Below, one piece after another: positions 51,301 to 60,004 of a stretch of DNA of 64,000 nt. Positions within the stretch are counted from its first letter, which is position 1; each line of letters starts with the position of its first letter. This stretch comes from Paragordius varius (Eukaryota > Animalia > Nematomorpha). Below the pieces are notes generated by a model. It saw only the letters and a list, made by a program, of their open reading frames with translations, searched no databases and was not told the DNA's origin. A program made the position numbers and the translations under genes. The stretch is from positions 14,818,001 to 14,882,000 of the forward strand of contig OZ176051.1 in NCBI GenBank assembly GCA_964247055.1, given 5' to 3'.

Positions 51301-53840
51301 TTTGAACATTTATCATGGGAAAAATGCTTATCTTACAATGAAAAACAAGACAATGAGCCAAAACTTTTTGTATTAACACGCAACGGTATAGTATTTGTTT
51401 TATTTAAATGGCAAAAAAACATTATATATTTTTTAGTGAACGATTAATGTTTTTACAAGTGTTGCTTTAAACTTACCGGGATAGTTTTTATTTTTCATTT
51501 ACAGTAAAAATTGAAATAACTTTTGTCATTTTAACCTAGGGGTCATTTACAGAAATAAAATGATATTAATTCAGACAAAACGTCAAAACTAAGAAACATT
51601 ATTTTTTAAAAATAACCACCATACTTCCAAACCTTTATTGTTTCCATATAAAATATATACAGTGAATATTGAAATTATACGGAAGGATAAAATGTAAAAA
51701 TATAAAGACAAATATTTTTTTCTAAAACAGCGATATTTTTTGTATCGCTTATTTTTTATTATAACTGAAGATTTTACTACAAAATATAATATAGAAATGT
51801 AAATTGATAGCACAATCAATTATATAGTTTACGATTGTAATTAAATACTTTACACAGGAAAAATTATGGTTTTAAAAAGAATGGGGGTGTTTTTTTTTAA
51901 AAAAATATTGTTTTTATTTTTTACGTTTTGTCCTTCCGTATAACTTCAGTTTTTATTGTATATCACATTATTATACCTAAAGGACAAAACGTAAAAATAT
52001 AAATACAAATATTTTTTTCTAAAAGACAACCATATTTTTCGAACCTTAATTTATCTTATTTTAAAACCATTAAAAATGGTAAAATATGTCATTGATTGTG
52101 TTACCAATATACATATTTATTTTATAATTATATCCAAAAAAATTAAGGTTTAAAAATTATGGTTGTATTTTAGAAAAAAAATTTGTCTTTATATTTTAAC
52201 ATTTTGTCCGTATAATTTCAATTTTTACTGTAAATATATTTCAATGTTTTAATTAATTTGTTTTATTCTTCAATTGTTTAAAGGCTATGAAAAGAATTTC
52301 GACAGCCCTGATCTTTTTAAAATGCACAACCTTTTTAAATCGTATGAATGGGAGCCTGGAATACCCATGAACTCTTCCCGATTGGGTATAATTATATTTT
52401 AATTTTCCAAAAAACTTGAGGTTTTATAAAGCCTATCCCTGTGTCTATTTAATTTAAATTTTAAACTATAATTATACAAATTATATCTGATCACCTCCAA
52501 TCTCTATGCAGAAAAATTATTATTATATAGAAAAAACGTAAAAAATATTTGTTTTCTAATAGATTTGAATATTTTGAATAAAAATATTCGCTTTACATTC
52601 CAAAATAGGGAAAAGAGTTGTAAATTGTAAATACACCTAATTGTTTATAGAAAAAACGTTTAAAAAAGCCTGATTGTTGTCTTTAAAAAAAATATTTGTC
52701 TTTTAGTTTTTACATTTTGTCTTTATGACTCAATTTATATTATATACCATTTAACTTCAAACTCACCCATGAATTTGCATTTACCCTTGAACAATTAAAA
52801 TTCACCCTAGAACAAACCAAATCACCCTAAAATAAATTATTTGTTTTTTAAAATTAAAAATTAATTGTATTTTTATAAATTAAAAAAATGAAATTTTGTT
52901 TAAAATTAAAATTATACTGAAAATAATAAACTAAGCCATAAACATATATTTGATATCAATTATGAGTTATATTATCTCGAAAATACATAATATATTTTTA
53001 GGGTGGTTCAAGGGTGAATTTTAACTTTAAATGGTTTATTATCATTTTTTTTTAACTTTTTGAACATTACATTTATTCAAGCCTAAGTGTAGGACCTCAG
53101 CTAATCAGTGAGTCGAAAGTAACTTTTTGTTAAATATATGAATAGTTTTTGCCCTTTCAATTCCCAGCAAATCCAGTGTGTCTGATTTTATCACATCATA
53201 TTTTGTTAATAATTGATTATTTCAATGTTCCATGTTTCATGTTTTTTTAAAAGTAAATGGTGGTATTTTACGGGGTGCATCATTGTAATTATAATAAAAT
53301 TTACAGTAAAAATAAAACTATACGGACAAATTATAAAAATATAAGACAAATTTTTTTATAAAAGACAACCACACTTTATTAACTCTTATTTATCCTATAA
53401 AAATTATTTACAATAGTAAAATATATAATTAATTGTGTTATACCAATTTATATCTTAATTTCAAACTTTGCAGTTTAAAACAATGAGAGTTATATTATAA
53501 AATAATCGAGATTTAAAAAGTATGGTTGGTTATCTTTTAGAAAAAAATATTTGTCACTATATTTTTTACGTTTTGTCCATAATATAATTTGAATTTTTAC
53601 TGTAATTTGTATTTTTTTCATGAAAAAAAAAAAGGTTCTGCATGCAGTGTCATGAGTCCATCTGAATTTTTTAGTGGAGAAACGGGTATATTAACACTTT
53701 TGGAAGTTGAAAATGCTGAAAATCACACCAGGGATGCCAAAAATATAGAAGAGAATGAAATTCAAGAATTGGTTAATGATAATAAGGGCGTTCAAGAAAA
53801 CAATGAAAATGAACCATCTATCACGAGTATTACTAATTAA
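25518..53840 (+). CDS. Kelch-like protein (BTB-BACK-Kelch, probable CUL3 substrate adaptor), 13 exons, 674 aa
   Basis: join(25518..25699,25732..25853,27454..27680,35197..35355,36896..37124,38408..38582,42106..42252,43355..43491,46977..47112,49266..49326,51244..51385,52284..52385,53635..53840) = 2025 nt. Every junction is GT-AG and phase-matched. BTB: FKAHKDIL..SPYFNTMF. BACK: CLGIMAFAQLYHCEDL, VFQAAMKWIRHD, HIRFPL. Five GG-type Kelch blades plus a divergent sixth. Confidence 0.92.
25732..25853 (+). CDS. Kelch-like gene exon 2 (DILKTSSPYFNTMFSYDLEE..AIQIIL)
   Basis: Follows the 32-nt intron 25700-25731; canonical BTB SPYF..MF motif; donor GTATGT. Confidence 0.92.
26717..26826 (+). other. Degenerate duplicate of the exon-3 acceptor and first codons (DSIYTFQSPLNEGDIE), within intron 2
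   Basis: CCACAG|ATTCCATATACACCTTTCAATCGCCTCTAAATGAAGGCGATATTGA versus the real exon CAATAG|ATTACATATACACCTATCAATTACCTCTAAATGAAGGCAATGTTGA. Confidence 0.85.
26814..27094. mobile_element. MITE family A copy (intron 2)
   Basis: TA|CAGTAAAAACTGAAATT..TTTTTACTG|TA. Confidence 0.9.
27454..27680 (+). CDS. Kelch-like gene exon 3 (DYIYT..NVESVL..CLGIMAFAQLYHC..HFKK)
   Basis: End of BTB and start of BACK; phase 1 in, phase 0 out. Confidence 0.92.
29134..29399. mobile_element. hAT-type MITE, 266 bp
   Basis: Imperfect TIRs CAGACTTGGTCAACAC / GTGTTGGACAGCCCTG; perfect TSD GTCTAGAC (29126-29133, 29400-29407). Confidence 0.85.
29560..30960 (-). mobile_element. LINE remnants (linker/pre-RT segment plus an RTE 3' end)
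   Basis: Minus strand KAIQKMKLNKSTG.VDLLK..ILPYKYKGD; 30780-30960 resembles the LINE 3' end at about 14.4-14.5 kb. Confidence 0.55.
31549..33658 (+). mobile_element. hAT transposon, near full length (2110 bp), degenerate
   Basis: 11-bp TIR TAGGGTTGTGC / GCACAACCCTA; TSD GTAACTGC / ATAACTGC; subterminal GACCGGGTC repeats at both ends. Confidence 0.92.
31693..33345 (+). pseudogene. hAT transposase pseudogene (BED finger, DUF659-like core, C-terminal dimerisation motif)
   Basis: MKSTVWNYFEK..ALCKIC..MKKH..H; probable short intron near 31855-31908; LIVDSYSNIR, VSDNAANMKAA, CQCHIIN (32093-32905); SSSAAERSFS..RNRL (33148-33345). Premature stops and frameshifts. Confidence 0.9.
35197..35355 (+). 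CDS. Kelch-like gene exon 4 (VIFEEEYLLVPLKQLTDLLSSD..VFQAAMKWIRHD)
   Basis: BACK domain consensus; 159 nt, phase 0/0; absent from the ORF track. Confidence 0.92.
35525..35682. repeat. Near-perfect foldback hairpin (about 57-65-bp arms, about 22-nt loop)
   Basis: ATCCGTAATATAACGATAAAGGATAATTAATTAGAACTAAATAAAAGTATAAATAGA (35538-35594) is inverted at 35618-35674; extended by AACAGTTG/CAACTGTT. Confidence 0.9.
35690..35828 (-). ncRNA. Decayed copy of the hammerhead-ribozyme repeat (catalytic core partly deleted)
   Basis: Minus strand CTGACAGTGTTTAACCGAGTTCATTGACTGAGTCCACAAGGGCGAAACGCGTTTCACACTATGGCACGCGTGGTAAACACTGTCC aligns with 44713-44807. It lacks the 5' strand of stem I and the TGA of CTGATGA. 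Confidence 0.75.
35832..36080. mobile_element. hAT-type MITE with a truncated left end
   Basis: Right end GTTGGACACCCCTG; internal GGGCCGC motifs; related ends at 43180, 47215 and 55900. Confidence 0.55.
36300..36357. repeat. (TA)n/(TG)n compound microsatellite
   Basis: Direct observation. Confidence 0.95.
36379..36475 (+). ncRNA. Third, 5'-degenerate copy of the hammerhead-ribozyme repeat
   Basis: GGACGAAACGCGCCTTACACTATCATACGTGGTAAAAAC..CCACCTTTTGCTTGATAGGAAGTAC matches the 3' half and downstream tail of copy 44714-44860. No CTGATGA. Confidence 0.65.
36896..37124 (+). CDS. Kelch-like gene exon 5 (VLQHIRFPLVPASY..CRDLLDEAKDY..EIIYV)
   Basis: End of BACK and IVR-like linker; donor GTACGT. 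Confidence 0.9.
38107..38394. mobile_element. MITE family A copy ending 13 nt before Kelch exon 6
   Basis: TA|CAGTAAAAATTGGAATTATACAGAC..ATAATTTCAATTTTTACTG|TA. Confidence 0.9.
38408..38582 (+). CDS. Kelch-like gene exon 6 (AGGSMKNEILSSVEKFD..LYAMGGYNNGYLSSVE)
   Basis: Kelch repeats 1-2. Confidence 0.92.
39100..41130 (-). mobile_element. Heavily decayed non-LTR retrotransposon fragments (possibly R4/Dong-like), split by a family A MITE (40251-40547)
   Basis: GC-richer minus-strand blocks with only weak motif resemblance; many stops. The clade call is tentative. Confidence 0.3.
41150..41560 (-). pseudogene. mariner (DD34D) transposase C-terminal remnant
   Basis: Minus strand HDNAPSH, HP..PDLAPSDYYL and GIHLLPEAWAK, with frameshifts. 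Confidence 0.85.
42106..42252 (+). CDS. Kelch-like gene exon 7 (RYYPETDTW..PMQRERASF..IYVIGGHNSEVLASVE)
   Basis: Kelch repeat 3; donor GTAAGG. Confidence 0.92.
43355..43491 (+). CDS. Kelch-like gene exon 8 (RYSEKDNAW..PRFGHC..LYVLGGENDECEILKS)
   Basis: Kelch repeat 4. Confidence 0.92.
43853..44078. mobile_element. MITE family A copy (intron 8)
   Basis: TA|CAGTAAAAACTGAAATT..TTTTTACTG|TA. Confidence 0.9.
44371..46714 (-). mobile_element. Internally deleted Ty3/Gypsy LTR retroelement with short LTRs
   Basis: Direct repeats at 46572-46714 and 44371-44552. PBS TGGTGGCGTGAC (46559-46570) lies 1 nt inside the 5' LTR. Purine-rich AGGACGGGG next to the 3' LTR. Gag-like (45912-46250), RT-like (MKKEVKRLMNLGIL..DMCGF, 45458-45643) and integrase-like (VIHFLKKI) fragments occur in order. 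No TSD confirmed. Confidence 0.7.
44714..44807 (+). ncRNA. Type I minimal hammerhead ribozyme (core intact)
   Basis: Stem I GTGTGG (44740-45)/TCACAC (44778-83); core CTGATGA (44746-52); stem II GTCC-ACAACAA-GGAC; GAAA (44768-71); minimal stem III; predicted GUU cleavage after 44777. Stem I extends via CGTG/CACG and GGCGGTGTTTGCC/GGTAAACACTGTC. Confidence 0.85.
46977..47112 (+). CDS. Kelch-like gene exon 9 (VEIITDNKW..MQKRRKHFG..LYALGGSEEDFSSIE)
   Basis: Kelch repeat 5. Confidence 0.92.
47486..49047. mobile_element. Long-inverted-repeat non-autonomous element (about 500-bp arms), left end CACAGTG
   Basis: About 47500-47990 is inverted at about 48530-49027, with a spacer of about 540 bp. The right terminus is degenerate and no TSD was found. 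Confidence 0.8.
49266..49326 (+). CDS. Kelch-like gene exon 10 (RFDSFSLTWTMYNSRLPKYIG)
   Basis: ER-F-D..W Kelch pattern; phase 2 in, phase 0 out. Confidence 0.85.
51244..51385 (+). CDS. Kelch-like gene exon 11 (INVVWMEKSFYVKGNVKDIF..LFVLTRN)
   Basis: This is the open, GC-richer AG/GT block I found that bridges phase 0 (exon 10) to phase 1 (exon 12); divergent blade 6. Confidence 0.7.
52284..52385 (+). CDS. Kelch-like gene exon 12 (GYEKNFDSPDLF..YEWEPGIPMNSSRL)
   Basis: W..PM.S.R.G Kelch closure motif; phase 1/1. Confidence 0.8.
53635..53840 (+). CDS. Kelch-like gene exon 13 (GSACSVMSPSEFF.. acidic E/N-rich tail, stop at 53838-53840)
   Basis: Completes RLGSACSV, the last strand of the propeller; the acceptor is an A-run followed by AG. 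Confidence 0.75.
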
Positions 53841-54559
53841 AAAATACATATTAAAAATATTATATTATTTATCACTCTGCTTGATGGTGTAGACTATTTT
53901 AACGATTGTAAATACAGACGTAGGATATGCAGATATTTTTAAATAAAAAGTTACTTAACTGTTTAAATACAGAGTTCTTAAACATTGAGATCTGTAAAAT
54001 CCAAAAATGAGAAAATTATATCGCATCATTTCATGTATTAAATATAATTAAGGATATTTTCTTAAATTGACAGTTTTCAATATTTTTTTAGTTTCTTTTT
54101 ATTTTATAACTTAAATAGAGAATCCAAATAGCCCTTTAAAGATCAAGTTTTTTTGTAAAATTACTAATGTATGCTATAATCTTAAAATTTTTGAAGCAAT
54201 GACATTAATTTGGCGCACAATTATAGATCTCACAGTAAAAATTGAAACTATACGGACAAAACGGAAAAATATAAAGACAAATATTTTTGTCTAAAAGACA
54301 ACTATATTTTAAACATAAATTTTTCGAATCGATTGTGGTAATATATATCACAATTTCATAATTCGCCGTTCAAAACAAAGAGTTGTATTTAAAATAATTA
54401 ATATTTAAAAAGTATGGTTGTCTTTTAAAAAAAAATATTTTTATTTTTACGTTTTGACTTATAATTTCAGTTTTAATGTAAATATATATTCAAAATAAAA
54501 ATCATTTTTTATAATGTGTGTTTTAATTTCAATCAAATTATTATTTTTTCAATATATAG

Positions 54560-54651
54560 GTACAGAAGTGAATGGAACCAACAACGATATTGGAGCCTTG
54601 CCTAGCTGCTCAAATTGCATTTCCTTAAAATCATTTTTAAATACTGATTAA
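54560..54651 (+). CDS. Possible alternative terminal exon 14 (TEVNGTNNDIGALPSCSNCISLKSFLNTD*)
   Basis: Pyrimidine-rich acceptor TATATAG|G; phase 1 matches the internal donor G|GTATAT at 53685/53686; GC-richer than its flanks. Confidence 0.5.
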
Positions 54652-55276
54652 AATTTTATTTTACGGAAAATTAAAATTATACGGACAAATTGTAAAAATA
54701 TAAAGACAAATATCTTTTTCTAAGAGACAACCATACTTTTAAATCTTGATTTTTTTAAAAATAACGTATTAAACGGCAAAATATAAAATAGAAATGTAAA
54801 TTGACACAATCAATTATGTAGTTTACGATTGTAATTTAATATTTATATATCAAAAATTAAGGTTGTAAAAAATATGATTGTCTTTTGAAAAATAAAATTG
54901 TCTTTATTATGTTCGTATAATTTCAGTTTTTACTGAATGTGCAGTGATAATTTAAATTATACAGACAAAATGTAAGAGCTTAAAACCAAATATTTTTTAG
55001 AAAACGCATTGTTCTGAATTGAGATACACACAATAAATAGTTTATTTAAAAAAATAAGGTTTAAAAGGCTCTTCTAAATAAAAATATTTTTCTTCTGTAT
55101 CCCAATTTTTATTGTATTAATATGCAATATTCAGATTAGATTTCACATAAAAAATATATTTAGACATATTAGAATGTAGCTATATAATCCAATTTACATT
55201 TATCCTATTTATTATATTTAGTGCGGAATATATATTGTTAGTTTTTTATAAATATGTTAAATGGCATTTTGTAAAG

Positions 55277-55280
<4 letters not shown>

Positions 55281-55316
<36 letters not shown>
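55281..55316. repeat. (TA)n microsatellite
   Basis: Direct observation. Confidence 0.95.
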
Positions 55317-55318
<2 letters not shown>

Positions 55319-57254
55319 CAAAATTCGTGCACAAGAATTTTTCACTTTTCTCTTAGACATTAATTGTTCTTAATAAATGATATTTGGCAAAATTTAGTTG
55401 ATAACTATCATGTACAATTTTGATGATTTTAATAATTAAGTTTGTATGAGCAAACATTATATCCTTGTTTTATAGTAATAACTAAATTATACGGACAAAA
55501 CGTTAAAATATAAAGACAAATATTTTTTTCTTAACAACGAAACTTTTTAAATGTTGATTAAATCAAATATATTTCAAAGTATAAAAGGTGTATATTGGTA
55601 ACCTATCAATTATTTTTAGGCTTGTTATTAAATGGTTTTACTAGGAAATTTAGGTTTAAAAAAGTCTGGGGTTATCTTTTAGAAAAAAACTTTGCCTTTA
55701 TGTTTTTACGTTTTGTCCGTATAATTTCAATTATTACTGTTAAACTGTAAAAATTATTATTTATATTAACAATTTAGGCTTGTTACTGCCAAAATTACTC
55801 AATATGTACTCAAAAAATTAAAAAAATATTAGGTAAATTTCATTAAACTTTATATTTGATATTTCTCGCGAGCCACAGTAATAGCTCGGAGGGCCGTTGG
55901 AGCCCCTTGTTTTATAAAAATATACTGTAAAAATTGAAATTATACGGACACGTGGAAATATAAAGACAAATATTTTTTCTAAAAGACAATTATACTTTTT
56001 TAAACCTTAAATATATCCTATAAAATAATTAAATTACAACGTATAAATATATAAATTGCTTGTGTTCTCAATTTACATTTTTATTTCCTACTTTATATTT
56101 TAAAACAATGAGTTACCATTATAAAAATGACAGTAAATTGAAATTATACGGACAAAATATAAAAACAAATCAACCATATTTTTTTAAACCCTATGTTATA
56201 TAAAAAACATTTATCAATCCTAAAATATATATTTGATTGTGTTATCAATTGACATTTTTATATTATACTTTGCCATTTAAACAATGAGTTATATTAGAAT
56301 AAATCTAGAATCAAAAAATATGGTTGTTTTTTAGAAAAAAATATTCGTCTTTATATTTTTACGTTTTGTCCATATATTTTCAGTCATTACTGTGAAACGT
56401 TTCCCTTTTTTCAAAAAAATAAATTTGATTTAATTGTGAGAAGTATAAAAATAATTTAAAATAAGTTTTGAAATAGATCTATTGACCAAGGGATTCTAGG
56501 ATATATACTGTTAAAATCTAAATTAAAAGACAAAAACTTGAAAATATAAAGACAAATATTTTTTATAAAAGACAACCATAGTTTATAAAAAACATGAAAA
56601 CGGTATTTGTAAACGATACAGTATAAATTAAAGTACGGACAAAACGTAAAAATCTAAAGACATATTTTTTTCTAAAAGAGACCCATACTTAAATCTTGAT
56701 TTAATCAAATCTCTCACTGTTTTTTATTTCCAAATTATAAAATAGAGAAGTATAATGGTAACAATCAATTATATATTTTAGGCTTGTTATTACAGTATGC
56801 ATTTTAATGTATGTTAAGCAATTTTATTGCCAGTCCAATAACATAAATGGTTTATCCAATGCGTAAAATACTGACCCACGAAATTATTTCGTAGTACACA
56901 TATGAAAGAGGATTGACGTGAGAATTAACATAGGCTTTAATTTGATGGATATTTTGTAATGTTGATTTTGAGAATATTATAGCAATTTATGTTAACATTT
57001 GTAATATTGTTGTTACATATTTAGATGCGGAATTTTATGGGTTTTTATCTTTGATAAATTAATAAATAGTAAAATATGTATTTTAAGATTTTTTATTTTA
57101 ATTATTCCTAAATTTAATAATAATATTTTTCAATATGCTAAATACCTGTATTAATCAAAGGTATTATAATTTTATATAGTTGTTATTACTAATTAAAAAA
57201 CACAGTTAAATATATATTTGTGAAAATTTAAGTAGATTTTAGATTTGTCTTTTA

Positions 57255-57680
57255 TATTTTGCATTGTTAATTATTAATAATTTTTGGTAAAAATTCGGTT
57301 TTTAAATTTAGTCAAATTTAATTTTTTGTTTTTTTATGTAACATTGTTTATTGTAATCAATTACTACATATTTTGGACATTTTAATTAATACAGGTAAAA
57401 ATAGCGGTTTTTAACAAATTTAGTAAAAATTTAGTTTTTTTTGTTTGTTTAGGTTTTGCATTGTTAATTGTAATTAATTACTACATACTTTAGACATTAT
57501 TATAAATACAGGTAAAAATTGCGGTTTTTAACAAATTTAGTTTTAAGAAAATTTTGTATTAAAAAAATTTATGTATTATCCAAAAAATTTTTTGGTTTTA
57601 GGTTTTCATTGTAAATTATACATAGTTATGAAATATTTTTTACATACTATAATAAAGACAGGTAAAAATCAAAATTTCGG
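57255..57680. repeat. Degenerate tandem repeat, unit about 110-150 bp, 3-4 copies
   Basis: Recurring TTTTGCATTGTTAATT, TTACTACATA and ACAGGTAAAAAT..CGGTTTTTAACAAATTTAG. Confidence 0.75.
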
Positions 57681-58115
57681 TTATATGTAATTATAAATAC
57701 CAACCAATATGAAAAATAATCTATATTCACATAAACATACGATATATAATTGCAAATAAAATATTTTTATTAAAAATTTTAGAGGTTTAAAAGAACGATA
57801 ATAAAGACCTTTTACTAATTAAATCACACAAAATATACTAAGCCGATATTTTTCACTCACTCTCCAAAAACTATGAATAAGAAGCATATTATTTTTAGTT
57901 AGAAAATTTATTTATATATAATAAATCATTATAATATAAATCATAATTCAATGTTGGAATCATTCAGCTTTATGGTCAATATATCATCATTGTCATTGAC
58001 TATGTTAGATTTGCTACAATTTAATGATTAATATCATCAATTATTATAATAGGACAGTTGAATTTTGAAAACGATTGCAATAGTGTGGGAGTCTTATTAT
58101 CAGTAACATTATAAT

Positions 58116-58560
58116 TTATACACTTGTTCGATATTCCTTATAATCCTGGTGATCATCTAAATAAAAAAGATTATTGGGTTTTTAAAAATTATAATCACTA
58201 TCTCTTTTTTATGAAATCTAACAAAAATACCTGATAAAAGACTCAATTTATCATCCAAAAGATCACTGGAAAACGTGGATAAAATTAAAAATATTTTACC
58301 ATCAGTCTCTGGAATGATTATATCAGTTAACATAAAAGATAGATGTTTTATGGAATTTAATAAAATGATATTACTGTTCCTACAATCGCTTTCCTGGATT
58401 TCATAACTATTATCACAATTAGAAACGCTAATCGGAGCTAACATCAATTAAAATAAAAAATAAATTAACCTTCATAAAATTGGGAAAATATTTTTTTATA
58501 AAAAAGAAAATAAAAAATGTTATAAATTTTTCCATCTGCATTTTCTTTATAAGAGCCAAA
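58116..58560 (-). CDS. Candidate small Cys-containing protein gene or pseudogene (..KKIFSQFYEAPISVSNCDNSYEIQESDCRN..DDHQDYKEYRTSV*)
   Basis: Introns 58438-58469 (32 nt) and 58157-58230 (74 nt) are GT-AG and phase-1 consistent around a 207-nt open exon. No in-frame ATG was found. Confidence 0.35.
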
Positions 58561-58699
58561 ACTAAAAAACACGAATCCCTTTCATAGTCTTAACAAAAAA
58601 TACAAATTTGATAAAATTTTCTTCTTCGCACTCATACCATGCCAGAAAAGCTTAGGCGCCTTGTCTTCATAGTGTAGGGAATTTTTCGTGCTGTTTTGG

Positions 58700-58920
58700 T
58701 TGCTAAAAAGAAAATGTAAAAAGATCATTTTTAATTTGTTTTATAATGAAAAAAGTCATTTTTTGCAAATATTATGAAGGTGAATTATTTTTATATTAAT
58801 TAGGGGATTTTAACAATGAGAATGTGTTAGCTCCCAACAGCATTTCGGATTGTGACAGCCTTGTTCAAGAAGAAATCCAATAATCTTTTTTTATTTTATC
58901 GAACAAGTGTATAAATTATA
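58700..58920 (+). pseudogene. Inverted, internally deleted paralog of 58116-58560
   Basis: KKVIFCKYYE|intron|APNSISDCDSL has the same intron position. The 3' part continues at 59951-60002 after a MITE insertion. Confidence 0.5.
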
Positions 58921-59950
58921 CAGTCATGTAGACTTTTTTTGTTAAAGATTTACTTTTTTTTCGTTAATTGGGTATTAATATTTGGTAAATATTAAAACAA
59001 GAGCAATATGGTATACCATATCATATTCTTTAAAAAAAGTAAAAGAAGTGTGGAGGGGCGCCGGAAATCTTTGGTAAAAAATGAAAATACACTAACTACT
59101 TACCCTTCACTTAAAATTATTGTATAAAAGGGTTAGGAAAATCGTAATTTTTATCTCAATTATAATTTTTTTTGTTTTGATATGGGAACGATTTAAAATA
59201 TGCTATATTAAATAATCATAATAAAAAATTCTTTATAAAATATATCAAAACCATTGTAAAATTTTCCACTTTTATAACATTAATAAACATAAATATATAA
59301 AAAATTTATTCAAAAATTCTTGATATTAGTTATTTTAAGCTAACAAATGGTAAAAAATTAGTCAACGTGACATGTGTAATACAAATAAACCGCTTTATCT
59401 ATTTCTATCAATGTAAGATGTAATTTAAATAAAAAATTAAATTTAATTTTACCCTTAACACTTAATGAAGACGACATTTTGCAAATATTTTGTAAAATAA
59501 AAATGGTGTCGAAATTGTTTCACATGTAACTTTTTTTTTCAAAACAAAATTTTATTTAGATATTTTGGCATATTTATATAATTTTTATTAGGAAAGAAGC
59601 ATAAAGTTATGGGACCGTTTCTTACATTAGTTTATTAAAAATACTAACTCAAATTTTGTCTGGGGTATATTTGGATACCCCATTTTGGGTGTTATATAAA
59701 AATTTTATCAAAAAAATTAATATATAAAATTTTGCAAAAAATTAACGAAAATATTACCATTCCCCTTTAAACAATATTAATTCATTTTTTACCAAAGATT
59801 TTTGACGCCCTTTCCCCACACTTCTTTTAATTTTTTAAAGAATATGATATGGTATACCATATAGCTCTTGTTTTAATATTCTTTACCAAATATTAATACC
59901 CAATTAAAGAAAAAAAGTAAATCTTTAACAAAATAAAGTCTACATGACTG
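58921..59950. mobile_element. Tc1/mariner-type MITE (about 170-bp TIRs) containing a nested family B copy (about 59270-59690)
   Basis: TA|CAGTCATGTAGAC..GTCTACATGACTG|TA; arms at 58921-59090 and about 59770-59950. Confidence 0.85.
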
Positions 59951-60004
59951 TAATGTTACTGATAATAAGCCCACACTATTGCAATCAGTGTTTTCAAAAT
60001 TTAA

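Larger units (their letters stand above)
49527..56790. mobile_element. Dense cluster of family A MITEs (about 15 full, partial and nested copies) in Kelch introns 10-13 and the 3' flank
   Basis: Examples: 49527-49817, 50579-51060 (second left arm nested at about 50770), 53304-53602, 54234-54478, 55925-56392. Recurrent ATTATACGGACAAAACGTAAAAATATAAAGACAAATATTTTTTTCTAAAAGACAACCATAC and its inverse. Confidence 0.9.

Noticed and set aside
58266-58299. Apparent 34-nt GT-AG intron in the minus-strand candidate gene
   Set aside because: Removing it causes a frameshift and an immediate stop.
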